From an uncultured Bacteroidales bacterium (GTDB taxonomy: Bacteria > Bacteroidota > Bacteroidia > Bacteroidales > UBA10428), in assembly GCA_964615995.1 (NCBI GenBank), contig CAZTSR010000003.1:64327-128326 (forward strand): 64,000 nt of DNA, given 5' to 3'. Each line of letters starts with the position of its first letter. The stretch's first letter is position 1. Below, piece by piece: positions 23,519 to 33,447 of this stretch. Made by a program: the position numbers and the translations under genes. Below the pieces are notes generated by a model, which was not told the DNA's origin, searched no databases, and saw only the letters and a program-made list of their open reading frames with translations.

Positions 23519-24322
23519 ATGTTTTTTTCCTCCAATATCAAACTGCTCCGTAAGCGCAAAGGCCGCACTCAGGATGATGTGGCATTTGCTCTCGGAATGA
23601 AACGCTCCACATTGAGCGGATATGAAAATGAGGTGAGCTTACCTACGGTACAAGCCCTGATCGCATTTTCAAAGTATTATGGCATTGCCATTGACACACT
23701 GGTGAAAATCGACCTCCGCAATCTTTCGGAAAGCCAGTTTTCACAGCTTGAAAGAGGTGGTGATGTTTATCTCAAAGGCAGCAACCTGCGTGTGATGGCT
23801 ACTACAGTAAACAGTAACAATGAAGAAAACATCGAACTGGTATCAGAGAAAGCTAAAGCAGGATATGCAACAGGCTTTGCTGATCCCGAGTTTATTAAAG
23901 AACTTCCGGTTTTTCAACTGCCTTTTCTTTCCAGACAAAAAAAATACCGGACTTTTCAGCTAAACGGCGATTCCATGCTTCCTATACCTGATGGCTCTTA
24001 TGTGACAGGGGAATTTGTACAGGACTGGAACAGCATTATCAGTGGGCATGGCTATATTGTGCTGACCCTGGATGAGGGAATCGTTTTTAAAATTGCTGAA
24101 AACCTGCTCAAGGAAGGACAAAAACTCAGGTTGTTTTCGTTAAATCCCATTTATGAACCATTCGAAGTACACGCAGGAGAAATCAAAGAAATCTGGAAGT
24201 TTGTAAACTATATCAGTTCCGAAATTCCTGATCCCATGATTCCTCCGGATGAACTGATCCGTACGGTTGCCGGACTTAAAAAAGATCTGAACGTTCTCAA
24301 AAGCAGGATGGGCAAGTTATAA
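23519..24322 (+). CDS. XRE-family HTH / S24 peptidase LexA-like repressor
   Basis: 267 aa. N-terminal HTH LRKRKGRTQDDVAFALGMKRSTLSGYENE. Possible Ala-Gly cleavage site KAKAGYA. C-terminal S24 motif LNGDSMLP. Divergent from dinB. Confidence 0.85.
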   Translation: MFFSSNIKLLRKRKGRTQDDVAFALGMKRSTLSGYENEVSLPTVQALIAFSKYYGIAIDTLVKIDLRNLSESQFSQLERGGDVYLKGSNLRVMATTVNSNNEENIELVSEKAKAGYATGFADPEFIKELPVFQLPFLSRQKKYRTFQLNGDSMLPIPDGSYVTGEFVQDWNSIISGHGYIVLTLDEGIVFKIAENLLKEGQKLRLFSLNPIYEPFEVHAGEIKEIWKFVNYISSEIPDPMIPPDELIRTVAGLKKDLNVLKSRMGKL

Positions 24323-24439
24323 ACGCATCAGAAACGAAAGGCTTTATTGGACCTAAAATATTGATATATAACCGTTTTATGTACACTAAAATAACAACCT
24401 AAACCCTGCCTGAACGTATACCCGGTATCATATAAAAGG

Positions 24440-25693
24440 ATGATTTACCGGAATAAAATATGTTTTTGCCTGCTGATAGCTGTGTTGGCATTATCAGCTA
24501 TATCTGCCCAGGGACAGCCGGTTGCCCTTGAAAACAGTCCCAGTCGTTTTTTTGACAGCATTGATCACCGCATTGATATTCTTCAGCGGCAGGTAGAAAG
24601 CCTCAAACAAAAGCGCGATGTAGCTTATCTGAATCTGCAGCGTGAGCTGGACCATGCTCTATTTACAAAATCGTTTGAAGAATTTGTAACGGATGAAGAT
24701 CTTGAAAAAGCCAAATCCCTGGTAGAAGAAAAAATCAAAAAATCCGAATTCCGCAGAGATCAGTCGTCAGTTCAGTTTTATCGCGGTTATGAGGATCAGG
24801 TTTATGAATTAATTAAGCAACAGAAAATGCATTACCAGCAGTTATTTCTTAAAGAGAAAAACTTTAAAAAAGAATTTGAAAGATATATGGAACCTGCAAC
24901 ACTTGCTTCGTATCAAAAGGCAGAGCGTGTTGTACAACTTGCCATAAAATATGCAGAAGAAAATAAACTGGCTGAAACAATATTATTGCTGAAAAATTAC
25001 GAAGCATATACTCAGGCCTTGATATTTGACGCAAAATCGGATTATGATCTTGCGGAACTTACCAATCACGCCAAAAGTTTTGAAAGCGTTTTTCTACCCC
25101 TTGTAACAAGTGATAGCATTGAAGGAGTTAAGGAGGCTGAAAATCTGCTTGATTACTGCATTAATTACGGAAGGTTGAGTGGCTCATCATTAAATGGCGA
25201 GTATTTCAGAAAACAAAAGATGATGGTTTCTTCTGCTTTATCAAGCATATTGGAACGACAGGGAAGAGAAAAGGAGCTTGCCAAATATACCGATCAATCT
25301 GTTGTAGCCCAATTTGATGCTTTGAATCCCTGTGGCGTATTCAAATGGCACGACCAGATAATAGTAATCGATGAATTTATGCCAACTTCAGGAATGGAAA
25401 ATGTAAAGAAAGGTGAAGCCATATTACACGCTGATCGTATGCTGGCAACATATCTTCAGAAAAATAAACTGTGCCAGTCTCCGGAAGATCTGAAACTGGG
25501 ATACGCATTTATTATTCCTTATATATCCAATGCAAAGAATACCTCTTTCTTTTATAATAAAAGCACTCAAAAATGGCAGTTTATTGCCTGTTATCAGATT
25601 ATTGAAAGTCCCGAATATACCGCTCAGGTAAGTCGCTACATGCCCCCCTTGTATTTTGAAGATGAAATGAAAGCTGCTTCCGGAAATCTGTAA
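24440..25693 (+). CDS. hypothetical exported protein
   Basis: 417 aa. Signal peptide CFCLLIAVLALSAISAQG, then a helical and charged N-terminal half. No recognised motifs. Confidence 0.7.
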   Translation: MIYRNKICFCLLIAVLALSAISAQGQPVALENSPSRFFDSIDHRIDILQRQVESLKQKRDVAYLNLQRELDHALFTKSFEEFVTDEDLEKAKSLVEEKIKKSEFRRDQSSVQFYRGYEDQVYELIKQQKMHYQQLFLKEKNFKKEFERYMEPATLASYQKAERVVQLAIKYAEENKLAETILLLKNYEAYTQALIFDAKSDYDLAELTNHAKSFESVFLPLVTSDSIEGVKEAENLLDYCINYGRLSGSSLNGEYFRKQKMMVSSALSSILERQGREKELAKYTDQSVVAQFDALNPCGVFKWHDQIIVIDEFMPTSGMENVKKGEAILHADRMLATYLQKNKLCQSPEDLKLGYAFIIPYISNAKNTSFFYNKSTQKWQFIACYQIIESPEYTAQVSRYMPPLYFEDEMKAASGNL

Positions 25694-25740
25694 ACATTTG
25701 GAAGAGCAGCTTGTTATGCTTACATAAATAATCAACATTC

Positions 25741-26388
25741 ATGAATCGGATTCTGACGTTTTCGGTTATCTTTATGATGAGTGGGTATGCAATTTCCTGT
25801 GCTCAAAAAACAAACAAAAATTCAACGCAGCAATCCATGATACCTGTCGAAAAAATGGAAACAGTTACCTTAGGTGCCGGATGTTTCTGGTGTGTGGAAG
25901 CCATCTTTGAGCAATTAAAAGGAGTATACAAGGTTGAATCGGGATATTCAGGAGGTCATGTAAAAAATCCTTCCTATAAGGAGGTCTGTACGGGTACTAC
26001 CGGTCACGCTGAAGTCTGTCAGGTAACTTTTGATCCTTCAGAAATTTCTTTTGAGGAGATTCTGGAAGTGTATTGGCAAACGCATAATCCCACAACTCTT
26101 AACCGTCAGGGTGCTGATGTGGGGACCCAATACCGCTCAGTGATATTCTACCATAATGAAAAGCAAAAAAGAAGCGCTGAAGAAATAAAAGAGCGGCTGG
26201 AAAAGGCGAAAGTATGGGATGAACCCATTGTGACTCAGATTGTCCCGTTTGAATCTTTTTATAAGGCCGAGGATTACCATCAGGAGTACTATTTTAACAA
26301 TTCAACTCAGCCATATTGTAACATGGTCATTACACCTAAGGTAGAAAAATTCAAAAAAGTGTTTTCTGATAAGCTGAAAGAAAAGTAG
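25741..26388 (+). CDS. msrA: peptide-methionine (S)-S-oxide reductase MsrA with N-terminal signal sequence
   Basis: 215 aa. GAGCFWCVEA active-site motif and YHQ(E)Y near the C-terminus. Confidence 0.92.
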   Translation: MNRILTFSVIFMMSGYAISCAQKTNKNSTQQSMIPVEKMETVTLGAGCFWCVEAIFEQLKGVYKVESGYSGGHVKNPSYKEVCTGTTGHAEVCQVTFDPSEISFEEILEVYWQTHNPTTLNRQGADVGTQYRSVIFYHNEKQKRSAEEIKERLEKAKVWDEPIVTQIVPFESFYKAEDYHQEYYFNNSTQPYCNMVITPKVEKFKKVFSDKLKEK

Positions 26389-26425
26389 TATTTTAACCTG
26401 TTTTTTAATCTCAGATAAAGTTAAA

Positions 26426-29400
26426 ATGATCAGAAAGATTGCAGGTTTCCTTTTTTCTCCGGTGCTCATGGCCAGTATTCTTGTTCTATTTGCAATTTCA
26501 ATTGGTGCTGCAACTTTTATTGAGCGATTTTTAGGAACTGGTTTAGCCCGGACGCTTGTGTACAATGCGCGATGGTTCGAACTGATGTTGCTTCTGGGAA
26601 CCATTAATCTTACTGGAAGAATCATTATTCAAAAACTTTACCTCCCATCGCAGTTACCTGTTTTTTTATTTCATATTTCGTTTGTTGTTATTCTTTTGGG
26701 AGCAGCATTAACCCGTTATACGGGATGGGAAGGGATGATGTCTGTCCGTGAAAATGAACAAAGCAATGTAATTGTAAGTGATCAGTTGTCCTTACAGCTG
26801 TTTAGCAAGGAGGTCCGCGGTATGGAATTCAATTTTGACCCTGGTCACTTCCATTCTGCTAAAAGAAGTGTCGTAGTAGGTGATACCCAATATCATATTG
26901 AAGCAAAAGAATTTATATTATCTTCAATTACACTTGAACCGGATCCTCAGGGCAAACCTGCTGCTGAGTTTCTCCTGGTAGATTCGGCAAACAGAATACC
27001 ATTTATCATCACTAAAGGGGAGACCAAGCAATTCAATGACCTGAAGATATCATTCGGAAAGACGTTTGGTAGTTCACAGGGTATTGTCTTGTCTGAGAAA
27101 AATGATTCGCTGCTGGTATTATTTAACAGTCCCGTAGATGTTTCAGGAATGAACAATGAGTCCCCCGCCATGATGAATGGAAATGTACCTGTTGTCATGG
27201 AACCCAGGAAAATATATCAATCAGGGAAGAAGATGCTGGTGTTGATGCAATATTATAAGTCGGCAATTTATAAAATAAAAAATCCAGGAAACCAGCAGGA
27301 AGCATCCCACGCTGCGCTTGTATTGAATATAAAAAGCAATAATGCAGAAATGCCGGTAATTATTGCCAGGGAGCCGGGCGTTGAAATTGTAACCCAAAGA
27401 CTGTCCTTATCAGAAGATACCCTGAATCTGGTTCTTGGTCCTAAAGTTCATCAATTACCTTTTTTTATACACCTGGATGATTTTATACTAAAAAGATATC
27501 CGGGATCACAGAGTCCCTCTTCATTTGAAAGCCATGTTACTTTGTCAGACCCTTCATGCGGACCGAAAGGTGTTCAATATCGTATTTATATGAATAATAT
27601 ATTGAAATACAAAGGATATCGATTCTATCAGACCTCATATGATCCGGATGAACGGGGAACTGTATTAAGTGTGAATCATGACCGCCTCGGAACAAATGTT
27701 ACCTATGCCGGGTACCTTTTGCTTGCATTGGGCATATTGGTGAGCTTGTTCAGGAAAAAAGGCAGGCTGCGGAAGCTTTCCGAAGAAATCAATACATTGA
27801 AAAAGAGTCGTAAAAACCTGTTGCCGTTGCTTCTGTTCTTCCTGTTATTGATTCCCGGTTCGCAGGCATGGGCTGGTAAATCTGATCATAAAAGTGTACC
27901 TGCGGAGCATGCTGAAAGGTTTGGCAAAATGCTTATACAGGACGCACAGGGAAGGATAGAACCTGTTAATACGCTCAGTTCAGAGATCATCAGGAAAATT
28001 TACAAAAAAAGCAGCTATCAGGGTTTAAATTCAGATCAGGTTTTGGTTGGAATGATTTCTAATCCGGAATACTGGCAAAATGAGCCACTGATCAAAGTAG
28101 CAAATCAGGGAGTTGCCGGGTTGTTAGGATCAAAACGTGAATATTTCCCTTATTCGGCGTTTTTCAATGACAGGGGGTATTTGTTGCAGGAAGCTGTGGA
28201 AGCATCATACAGAAAAAAGCCCGCCTTAAGAGATCGATTTGATAATGAATTAATTAAGGTTGATGAAAGGGTGAATATCTGTTATATGATTTTTACAGGA
28301 CAATTGCTGCGTTTTTTCCCGATAAAAGATGATTCTACACAAACATGGTATCATCATGAAACAGTGAAAGGAAGAGTGAGCGGTAAAGATGCTGTATTTG
28401 TTGAGAATATCATTTATCTCTATGTACAGGATGTACAGGAAAGTATGCAAACTGGGAATTGGAAAAGTCCCGATGACATTATTCAGGCCATTACAAACTA
28501 TCAAAGACATACAGCGAACCCATCCCTGATTCCTCCATCATCAAAGGTTAATTTAGAGATATTGTTAAATAAACTTAATCCATTTTCCAGAATATCAAAT
28601 TATTATGGAATAATTGGATTTGTTTTACTTGTTGTTCAGATCCTGAAATTATTCTATACACGTCATTCGTTTAAATATCCTGTAGTAATAGGCATTTCAT
28701 GTATTATCCTATTGTTTTTCTTACATACACTTGGTTTGGTATTTCGGTGGTATGTTTCAGGCCATGCGCCCTGGAGCAACGGATATGAGACACTTATATA
28801 TGTGGCATGGACTACAGTTTTGGCTGGTTTAATATTCAGCTCCAAATCAAATTTAACCATGAGTGTTGCTCCCGTGATAGCCTTTATCACTTTAAAAATT
28901 GCGCACCTGAGTTGGATGGATCCGCAGATTACACAGCTGGTACCGGTCCTAAAGTCTTATTGGCTTATCATTCATGTCGCTACGATTACAGCAAGTTATG
29001 GATTTTTAATTATGGGTGCCTTGATGGGATTTGTTAGTCTGGTCTTTATGATCATGAGACATCAGTCTCAGACAAAGAGCATTATCCGGGAGATCACCTG
29101 TACTATTGAGATGGCGTTAATAGTAGGTTTGGCTCTATTGACAACCGGTATATTTTTAGGTGCCGTTTGGGCAAATGAATCATGGGGACGTTATTGGGGA
29201 TGGGATCCAAAAGAAACATGGGCTCTGGTAACCATGCTGATCTATGCTTTTATACTGCATATGCGGATGATTCCGGGGTTGAAGAGCGATTATTCTTTTA
29301 ACCTGGCTTCTTTGCTTGGAGTCGGCTCTGTTATAATGACCTATTTTGGGGTAAATTATTATTTATCGGGGTTGCATTCCTATGCAAAAGGGGATCCGCT

Positions 29401-29491
29401 GCCTATACCGTCAATGGTATATGTGATCCTGCTGATCATAGCAATTACGGCTTTTGCAGCATATGTCCGTAAAAGAAAGTTGTATGCTTAA
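26426..29491 (+). CDS. ccsBA: fused system II cytochrome c biogenesis protein CcsB(ResB)-CcsA
   Basis: 1021 aa. ResB-like N-terminal half. The C-terminal half carries the WWD-type motif WGRYWGWDPKETWA. Confidence 0.88.
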   Translation: MIRKIAGFLFSPVLMASILVLFAISIGAATFIERFLGTGLARTLVYNARWFELMLLLGTINLTGRIIIQKLYLPSQLPVFLFHISFVVILLGAALTRYTGWEGMMSVRENEQSNVIVSDQLSLQLFSKEVRGMEFNFDPGHFHSAKRSVVVGDTQYHIEAKEFILSSITLEPDPQGKPAAEFLLVDSANRIPFIITKGETKQFNDLKISFGKTFGSSQGIVLSEKNDSLLVLFNSPVDVSGMNNESPAMMNGNVPVVMEPRKIYQSGKKMLVLMQYYKSAIYKIKNPGNQQEASHAALVLNIKSNNAEMPVIIAREPGVEIVTQRLSLSEDTLNLVLGPKVHQLPFFIHLDDFILKRYPGSQSPSSFESHVTLSDPSCGPKGVQYRIYMNNILKYKGYRFYQTSYDPDERGTVLSVNHDRLGTNVTYAGYLLLALGILVSLFRKKGRLRKLSEEINTLKKSRKNLLPLLLFFLLLIPGSQAWAGKSDHKSVPAEHAERFGKMLIQDAQGRIEPVNTLSSEIIRKIYKKSSYQGLNSDQVLVGMISNPEYWQNEPLIKVANQGVAGLLGSKREYFPYSAFFNDRGYLLQEAVEASYRKKPALRDRFDNELIKVDERVNICYMIFTGQLLRFFPIKDDSTQTWYHHETVKGRVSGKDAVFVENIIYLYVQDVQESMQTGNWKSPDDIIQAITNYQRHTANPSLIPPSSKVNLEILLNKLNPFSRISNYYGIIGFVLLVVQILKLFYTRHSFKYPVVIGISCIILLFFLHTLGLVFRWYVSGHAPWSNGYETLIYVAWTTVLAGLIFSSKSNLTMSVAPVIAFITLKIAHLSWMDPQITQLVPVLKSYWLIIHVATITASYGFLIMGALMGFVSLVFMIMRHQSQTKSIIREITCTIEMALIVGLALLTTGIFLGAVWANESWGRYWGWDPKETWALVTMLIYAFILHMRMIPGLKSDYSFNLASLLGVGSVIMTYFGVNYYLSGLHSYAKGDPLPIPSMVYVILLIIAITAFAAYVRKRKLYA

Positions 29492-30237
29492 ATGCTTTTC
29501 GGAGGATTTTGAATGGGTCCGGCAATGATATCGCGGGCTACCTGAATAATTTCTTTCATTTGATCCTCGTTGTATTGCTGAATATCAATGGGCTTATGAA
29601 TGATCATTTTAGCACAGCCGGGCATCAAATTAACCGTTCCTGTGGGAAGAATGTGCTTTGTGCCGATAATCGTAATGGGTAAAATGGGAAGTCCCAGATC
29701 CAGTGCCAACTTAAAAGCTCCTTTTTTAAAATTTTGGATTTGTCCATCGATGCTCCGGGTTCCTTCAGGAAAAATTACCACAGAAGTACCGTCAACCAAT
29801 TTCTTCTTGGCATCATTTAATGACTCAAGGGCAACACGGCTGTTGGAACGATCCAGAAAGATATGACCTACCTTTTTGCTCCCAAAACCAACACCGGGTA
29901 TTTTTGCCAGTTCTTTTTTCATGACCCATTTGATATCAATGCCAAGCCATCCATATACCAGAAAGATGTCATAAATGCTCTGATGATTAGAGATGATTAC
30001 ATACGATTGCCTGGGATTGATATGTTCCTTACCGGAAACTTTTACAAACATGGGAGTCAGGTATCCGTTTACACGCGACCAGATGACACCCCCGAAATAA
30101 CTGCCAATACGTTGGTTTATCAATGCAGAAACCAGTACCGCAATTACACCAAAAATCAGTGTATTTATAAAAATAAAGGGAAAGAAAAACAACCACTTAT
30201 AAGGTTGATAGAATACATATAAAATCTTATTATTCAC
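29488..30237 (-). CDS. plsC: 1-acyl-sn-glycerol-3-phosphate acyltransferase
   Basis: 249 aa. Contains NHQSIYD (HX4D) and FPEGTRS motifs. Its stop overlaps the ccsBA stop in a shared TTAA. Confidence 0.9.
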   Translation of the reverse strand: MNNKILYVFYQPYKWLFFFPFIFINTLIFGVIAVLVSALINQRIGSYFGGVIWSRVNGYLTPMFVKVSGKEHINPRQSYVIISNHQSIYDIFLVYGWLGIDIKWVMKKELAKIPGVGFGSKKVGHIFLDRSNSRVALESLNDAKKKLVDGTSVVIFPEGTRSIDGQIQNFKKGAFKLALDLGLPILPITIIGTKHILPTGTVNLMPGCAKMIIHKPIDIQQYNEDQMKEIIQVARDIIAGPIQNPPKSI

Positions 30238-30314
30238 AACTTTGCTTTTGGTGCAAAATTAAACTTTCCTTCTTTTTTTTAGCAAACCCTATGGATTAAT
30301 TTATTATTTAGTTA

Positions 30315-30322
30315 TACCTTTG
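30315..30322 (+). promoter_or_regulatory. -7 box TACCTTTG upstream of the cold-shock gene
   Basis: TAnnTTTG match 26 nt upstream of the ATG at 30348. Confidence 0.4.
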
Positions 30323-30347
30323 GGATAAATATTTTTAATTTAATGCT

Positions 30348-30539
30348 ATGAAAGAAGGTAAAGTAAAATTCTTCAATGAAAACAAAGGATTTGGATTTAT
30401 TAAAGATGCAGAATCCGGTAACGAATATTTCGTTCATGTATCTGGCCTGATCGACAAGATTAAGGAAGATGATACTGTATCATTTGAACTCCAGCAAGGC
30501 AAAAAAGGATTGAATGCTGTAAATGTGAAACGAATATAA
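30348..30539 (+). CDS. cold-shock domain protein
   Basis: 63 aa. KGFGFI (RNP1) and FVHVS (RNP2-like) motifs. Confidence 0.95.
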   Translation: MKEGKVKFFNENKGFGFIKDAESGNEYFVHVSGLIDKIKEDDTVSFELQQGKKGLNAVNVKRI

Positions 30540-30577
30540 AATTCGAATACTACACGAGGAATTTTTTTAATCCTTAA

Positions 30578-30604
30578 CCCTCCTATAACAGGAGGGTTTT
30601 TTTT
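30578..30604 (+). terminator. rho-independent terminator CCCTCC-TATAACA-GGAGGG + T8
   Basis: Stem-loop followed by a T-run, immediately after the cold-shock gene. Confidence 0.8.
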
Positions 30605-30631
30605 ATATATTTAAAAACCTAAATCACACCT

Positions 30632-31558
30632 ATGTCTGTTTCTAACAACTGGCTTATTATTGTAAATCCCAACGCCGGAAATGGTAATGGCCGCAAAGAC
30701 TGGCCTGTTATTGCCTCATATCTGTCCAAATACGATCTTTTTTACAAAGTAAGTTTTACCCTAACACGCAGACATGCCATTGAGCTCACACAAAAGGGCA
30801 TTGCCGAAGGATTCCGCAAGATAATTGCTGTTGGCGGAGACGGTACGCTCAATGAGGTCGTTAACGGAATATTTACACAAACCATTTGTCCTACCACAGA
30901 TATTGAATTATCGATGATCATGGTTGGAACCGGTAACGACTGGGGCAAGATGTTCGGATTACCGGATTCTTATGAAGCCGCTATCCGGGTTATAAAAAAA
31001 GGAAACGTACGTTTACAGGATGCAGGGATCGTAAAGTTTTATGATGGAATTAAAAGAGATTCCCGATACTTTATCAATATTGCGGGTCTGGGCTTTGATG
31101 CCCTTGTTGTAAAAAGAACCAATCATACGCGTGATAAGGGTTACAAAGGCAAAGCTGTTTATTTTTTAAACCTGCTGAGAAGTCTCATGATGTATGTGCA
31201 TACCAGTACCTCAGTGGAAATTGATGGGAAACGAATTCATCACAATATCCTGTCCATAAGCATTGGAATCGGAAAGTATTCAGGAGGAGGAATGAGGCAG
31301 ACTCCGGAAGCCATTCCTGATGACGGACTTTTTGATATTACAGTCATTAAAAAGATGAAAAAGTCTGAAGTAATCTTCAGCTTAAAGAAACTCTACGACG
31401 GAACACTGCTGGATCATCCTAAAATAGAGAGTTATCAGGGAAGGGATATTTCAATTGATTCTGATCCCTTGATTCATCTGGAAGCGGATGGTGAATCTCT
31501 TGGGCATTCACCCATTTCCTTAACAATCCTTCCTCAAAGCGTAAAAATCATTTGCTGA
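30632..31558 (+). CDS. diacylglycerol/lipid kinase family protein (YegS/BmrU-like)
   Basis: 308 aa. GGDGTLNEV nucleotide-binding motif. Confidence 0.88.
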   Translation: MSVSNNWLIIVNPNAGNGNGRKDWPVIASYLSKYDLFYKVSFTLTRRHAIELTQKGIAEGFRKIIAVGGDGTLNEVVNGIFTQTICPTTDIELSMIMVGTGNDWGKMFGLPDSYEAAIRVIKKGNVRLQDAGIVKFYDGIKRDSRYFINIAGLGFDALVVKRTNHTRDKGYKGKAVYFLNLLRSLMMYVHTSTSVEIDGKRIHHNILSISIGIGKYSGGGMRQTPEAIPDDGLFDITVIKKMKKSEVIFSLKKLYDGTLLDHPKIESYQGRDISIDSDPLIHLEADGESLGHSPISLTILPQSVKIIC

Positions 31559-31872
31559 TTTCTGATCCCCTTTAGAAATAAAATCAACTCTAAAACGAGG
31601 TATACAATTCATTTTCATAAATATTTTACACGATATTTTATAAATATAAATACGTGATTACCTGTTATTTATATTAAAATAATAAAGTTTTTATTTAGAT
31701 AGAATTGCAATATTTTTAGTTTTTGTAATAATATAGTTATATTTAATTTTTTATTTAACAGATAATCAGTTTTTTAATATTGTTTTATAAAGTATTAATT
31801 TAATTGCTTTCAGCATTAATTCTGATCCTGGAAATCATTCTTTTTGCATTTTCATAAAGTTTAAAACAAGTA

Positions 31873-31934
31873 GGTTACAAATGTAAATACTATTGGTTAC
31901 ACAAGTAAATCAAATAATCGTTACATTTGTAATT
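31873..31934 (+). promoter_or_regulatory. three direct GTTACAnnnGTAA repeats directly upstream of the HTH gene
   Basis: GGTTACAAATGTAAAT at 31873-31888, GGTTACACAAGTAAAT at 31895-31910 and CGTTACATTTGTAATT at 31919-31934. They end at the ATG at 31935. Confidence 0.45.
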
Positions 31935-32357
31935 ATGAAAGCAAGACTATTAAGAATCCTGAATCATCTTGGATATTCTGCCACAAAGTTTGCCGATGAA
32001 ATCAACGTTCAGAGATCCGGCATTTCACATATATTAAGTGGCAGAAACCAGCCCTCCTATGATTTTCTGGTTAAGATTCTGACTCGTTTTTCGGATATCA
32101 ATGCTGAATGGCTGCTTTTAGGTACGGGAGACATGTTCAAGCCTAAGCTGGAAGAAACCAATTCACCGGTACTGCCTAAAAATGAACCTGATTTGTTTTC
32201 GGCTTCATTACCATTACATGAAAATGCGAAATTGAATGAAACAACCCCTTTGCCGCAGGTTACAAATGTAACCAATGTAGACATCCCTGTTGAGCGCATA
32301 CTCCTTCTAAAACAAGATGGCACTTTTGATATTTATCAACAATCCAAAAAGGTGTGA
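31935..32357 (+). CDS. XRE-type helix-turn-helix domain protein
   Basis: Track ORF is 31893..32357. The start is chosen at MKARLLRILNHLGYSATKFADEINVQRSGISHILSGRNQPS, which is the HTH. The C-terminal half is low-complexity. Confidence 0.75.
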   Translation: MKARLLRILNHLGYSATKFADEINVQRSGISHILSGRNQPSYDFLVKILTRFSDINAEWLLLGTGDMFKPKLEETNSPVLPKNEPDLFSASLPLHENAKLNETTPLPQVTNVTNVDIPVERILLLKQDGTFDIYQQSKKV

Positions 32358-32367
32358 TTTTTTATGC

Positions 32368-32375
32368 TATCTTTG
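32368..32375 (+). promoter_or_regulatory. -7 box TATCTTTG upstream of pyrD
   Basis: TAnnTTTG match 12 nt upstream of the ATG at 32387. This supports the shorter pyrD start. Confidence 0.4.
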
Positions 32376-32386
32376 TGCAAAACTGC

Positions 32387-33436
32387 ATGTATAAAGGATT
32401 TATCAGACCAATTTTATTCCTTTTGGATGCTGAAAAGGTTCACCGCCTGGTAGTCGTCCTGGTTCGTTTGTTTAATAGCATTCCTTTCTTCAAGAGAATC
32501 GCCAGGAGCCTTTTAACTTACCGCCATCCAATTCTGGAAACACAAATCGCAAATCTGCATTTTACAAATAAGGTAGGCCTTGCAGCAGGGTTCGACAAAA
32601 ACGCTGAATTTTTTGAAGATTTCTCCATTTTTGGGTTCTCTTTTATTGAAATTGGAACTGTAACCTCAATTGGCCAGCCGGGTAACCCAAAGCCCCGGTT
32701 ATTCCGCCTGAAAAATGACAGGGCATTAATCAACCGGATGGGATTTAATAATAAGGGAGTGGACTTTGCGGCCTCAAATCTTCACAAAGCTAAAAAAACG
32801 ATTATTATTGGAGGAAATATAGGGAAGAACACAGCAACATCAAACGATCAGGCTGTAAATGACTATAAGGTGTGTTTTTCAAAACTCTATGCTGAAGTTG
32901 ATTATTTTGCAGTTAATGTAAGTTGCCCAAACATCAAGGATCTGGGGAAATTGCAGGATCAGGACTCCCTCAGGGCAATTCTCACTGCACTTATGGATAT
33001 CAGGAGCACCAAAACAGAGCGTAAACCTGTCTTTCTTAAAATTTCTCCTGATCTTACCTTCCATCAAATTGATGAAATCATACAATTGGTTTTTGAAACA
33101 GGATTGGACGGGATCATTGCTACCAATACTACAACCGACAGGGAATGCCTTATTACACACGGAGCAGAAATTACAAATATCGGACCTGGTGGTTTAAGTG
33201 GCTATCCTTTGAAAAAACGAGCCCTGGAAGTAATAAGTTACATTTGTAAACAATCCGGAAACAAGATCCCAATAATTGGAGTGGGTGGAATTATTGGACC
33301 GGAAGATGCTGTGGATATGATTAAGGCTGGTGCATCACTTGTGCAGGTATATACAGGTTTCATTTATGACGGACCCTTTATCGTACGAAAAATTAATAAA
33401 CACATTGCGCGTTATTTGCTGCATCAAAATGAGTAA
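32387..33436 (+). CDS. pyrD: dihydroorotate dehydrogenase (quinone)
   Basis: Contains GFNNKG, NVSCPN and GGLSG motifs. The start at MYKGFIRPILF is chosen over the track start at 32354. Confidence 0.92.
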   Translation: MYKGFIRPILFLLDAEKVHRLVVVLVRLFNSIPFFKRIARSLLTYRHPILETQIANLHFTNKVGLAAGFDKNAEFFEDFSIFGFSFIEIGTVTSIGQPGNPKPRLFRLKNDRALINRMGFNNKGVDFAASNLHKAKKTIIIGGNIGKNTATSNDQAVNDYKVCFSKLYAEVDYFAVNVSCPNIKDLGKLQDQDSLRAILTALMDIRSTKTERKPVFLKISPDLTFHQIDEIIQLVFETGLDGIIATNTTTDRECLITHGAEITNIGPGGLSGYPLKKRALEVISYICKQSGNKIPIIGVGGIIGPEDAVDMIKAGASLVQVYTGFIYDGPFIVRKINKHIARYLLHQNE

Positions 33437-33447
33437 ATTCACATTGA

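Noticed and set aside
29488-29491. Convergent ccsBA and plsC stops sharing a TTAA tetranucleotide
   Set aside because: It is real in the sequence but is a trivial consequence of compact gene packing. No functional implication can be supported.
31560-31870. A roughly 300-nt, roughly 80% AT intergenic region considered as a replication origin
   Set aside because: I found no TTATCCACA-type DnaA boxes or their complements, and no dnaA/dnaN nearby. It is more simply an AT-rich promoter/curved-DNA region for the HTH gene.
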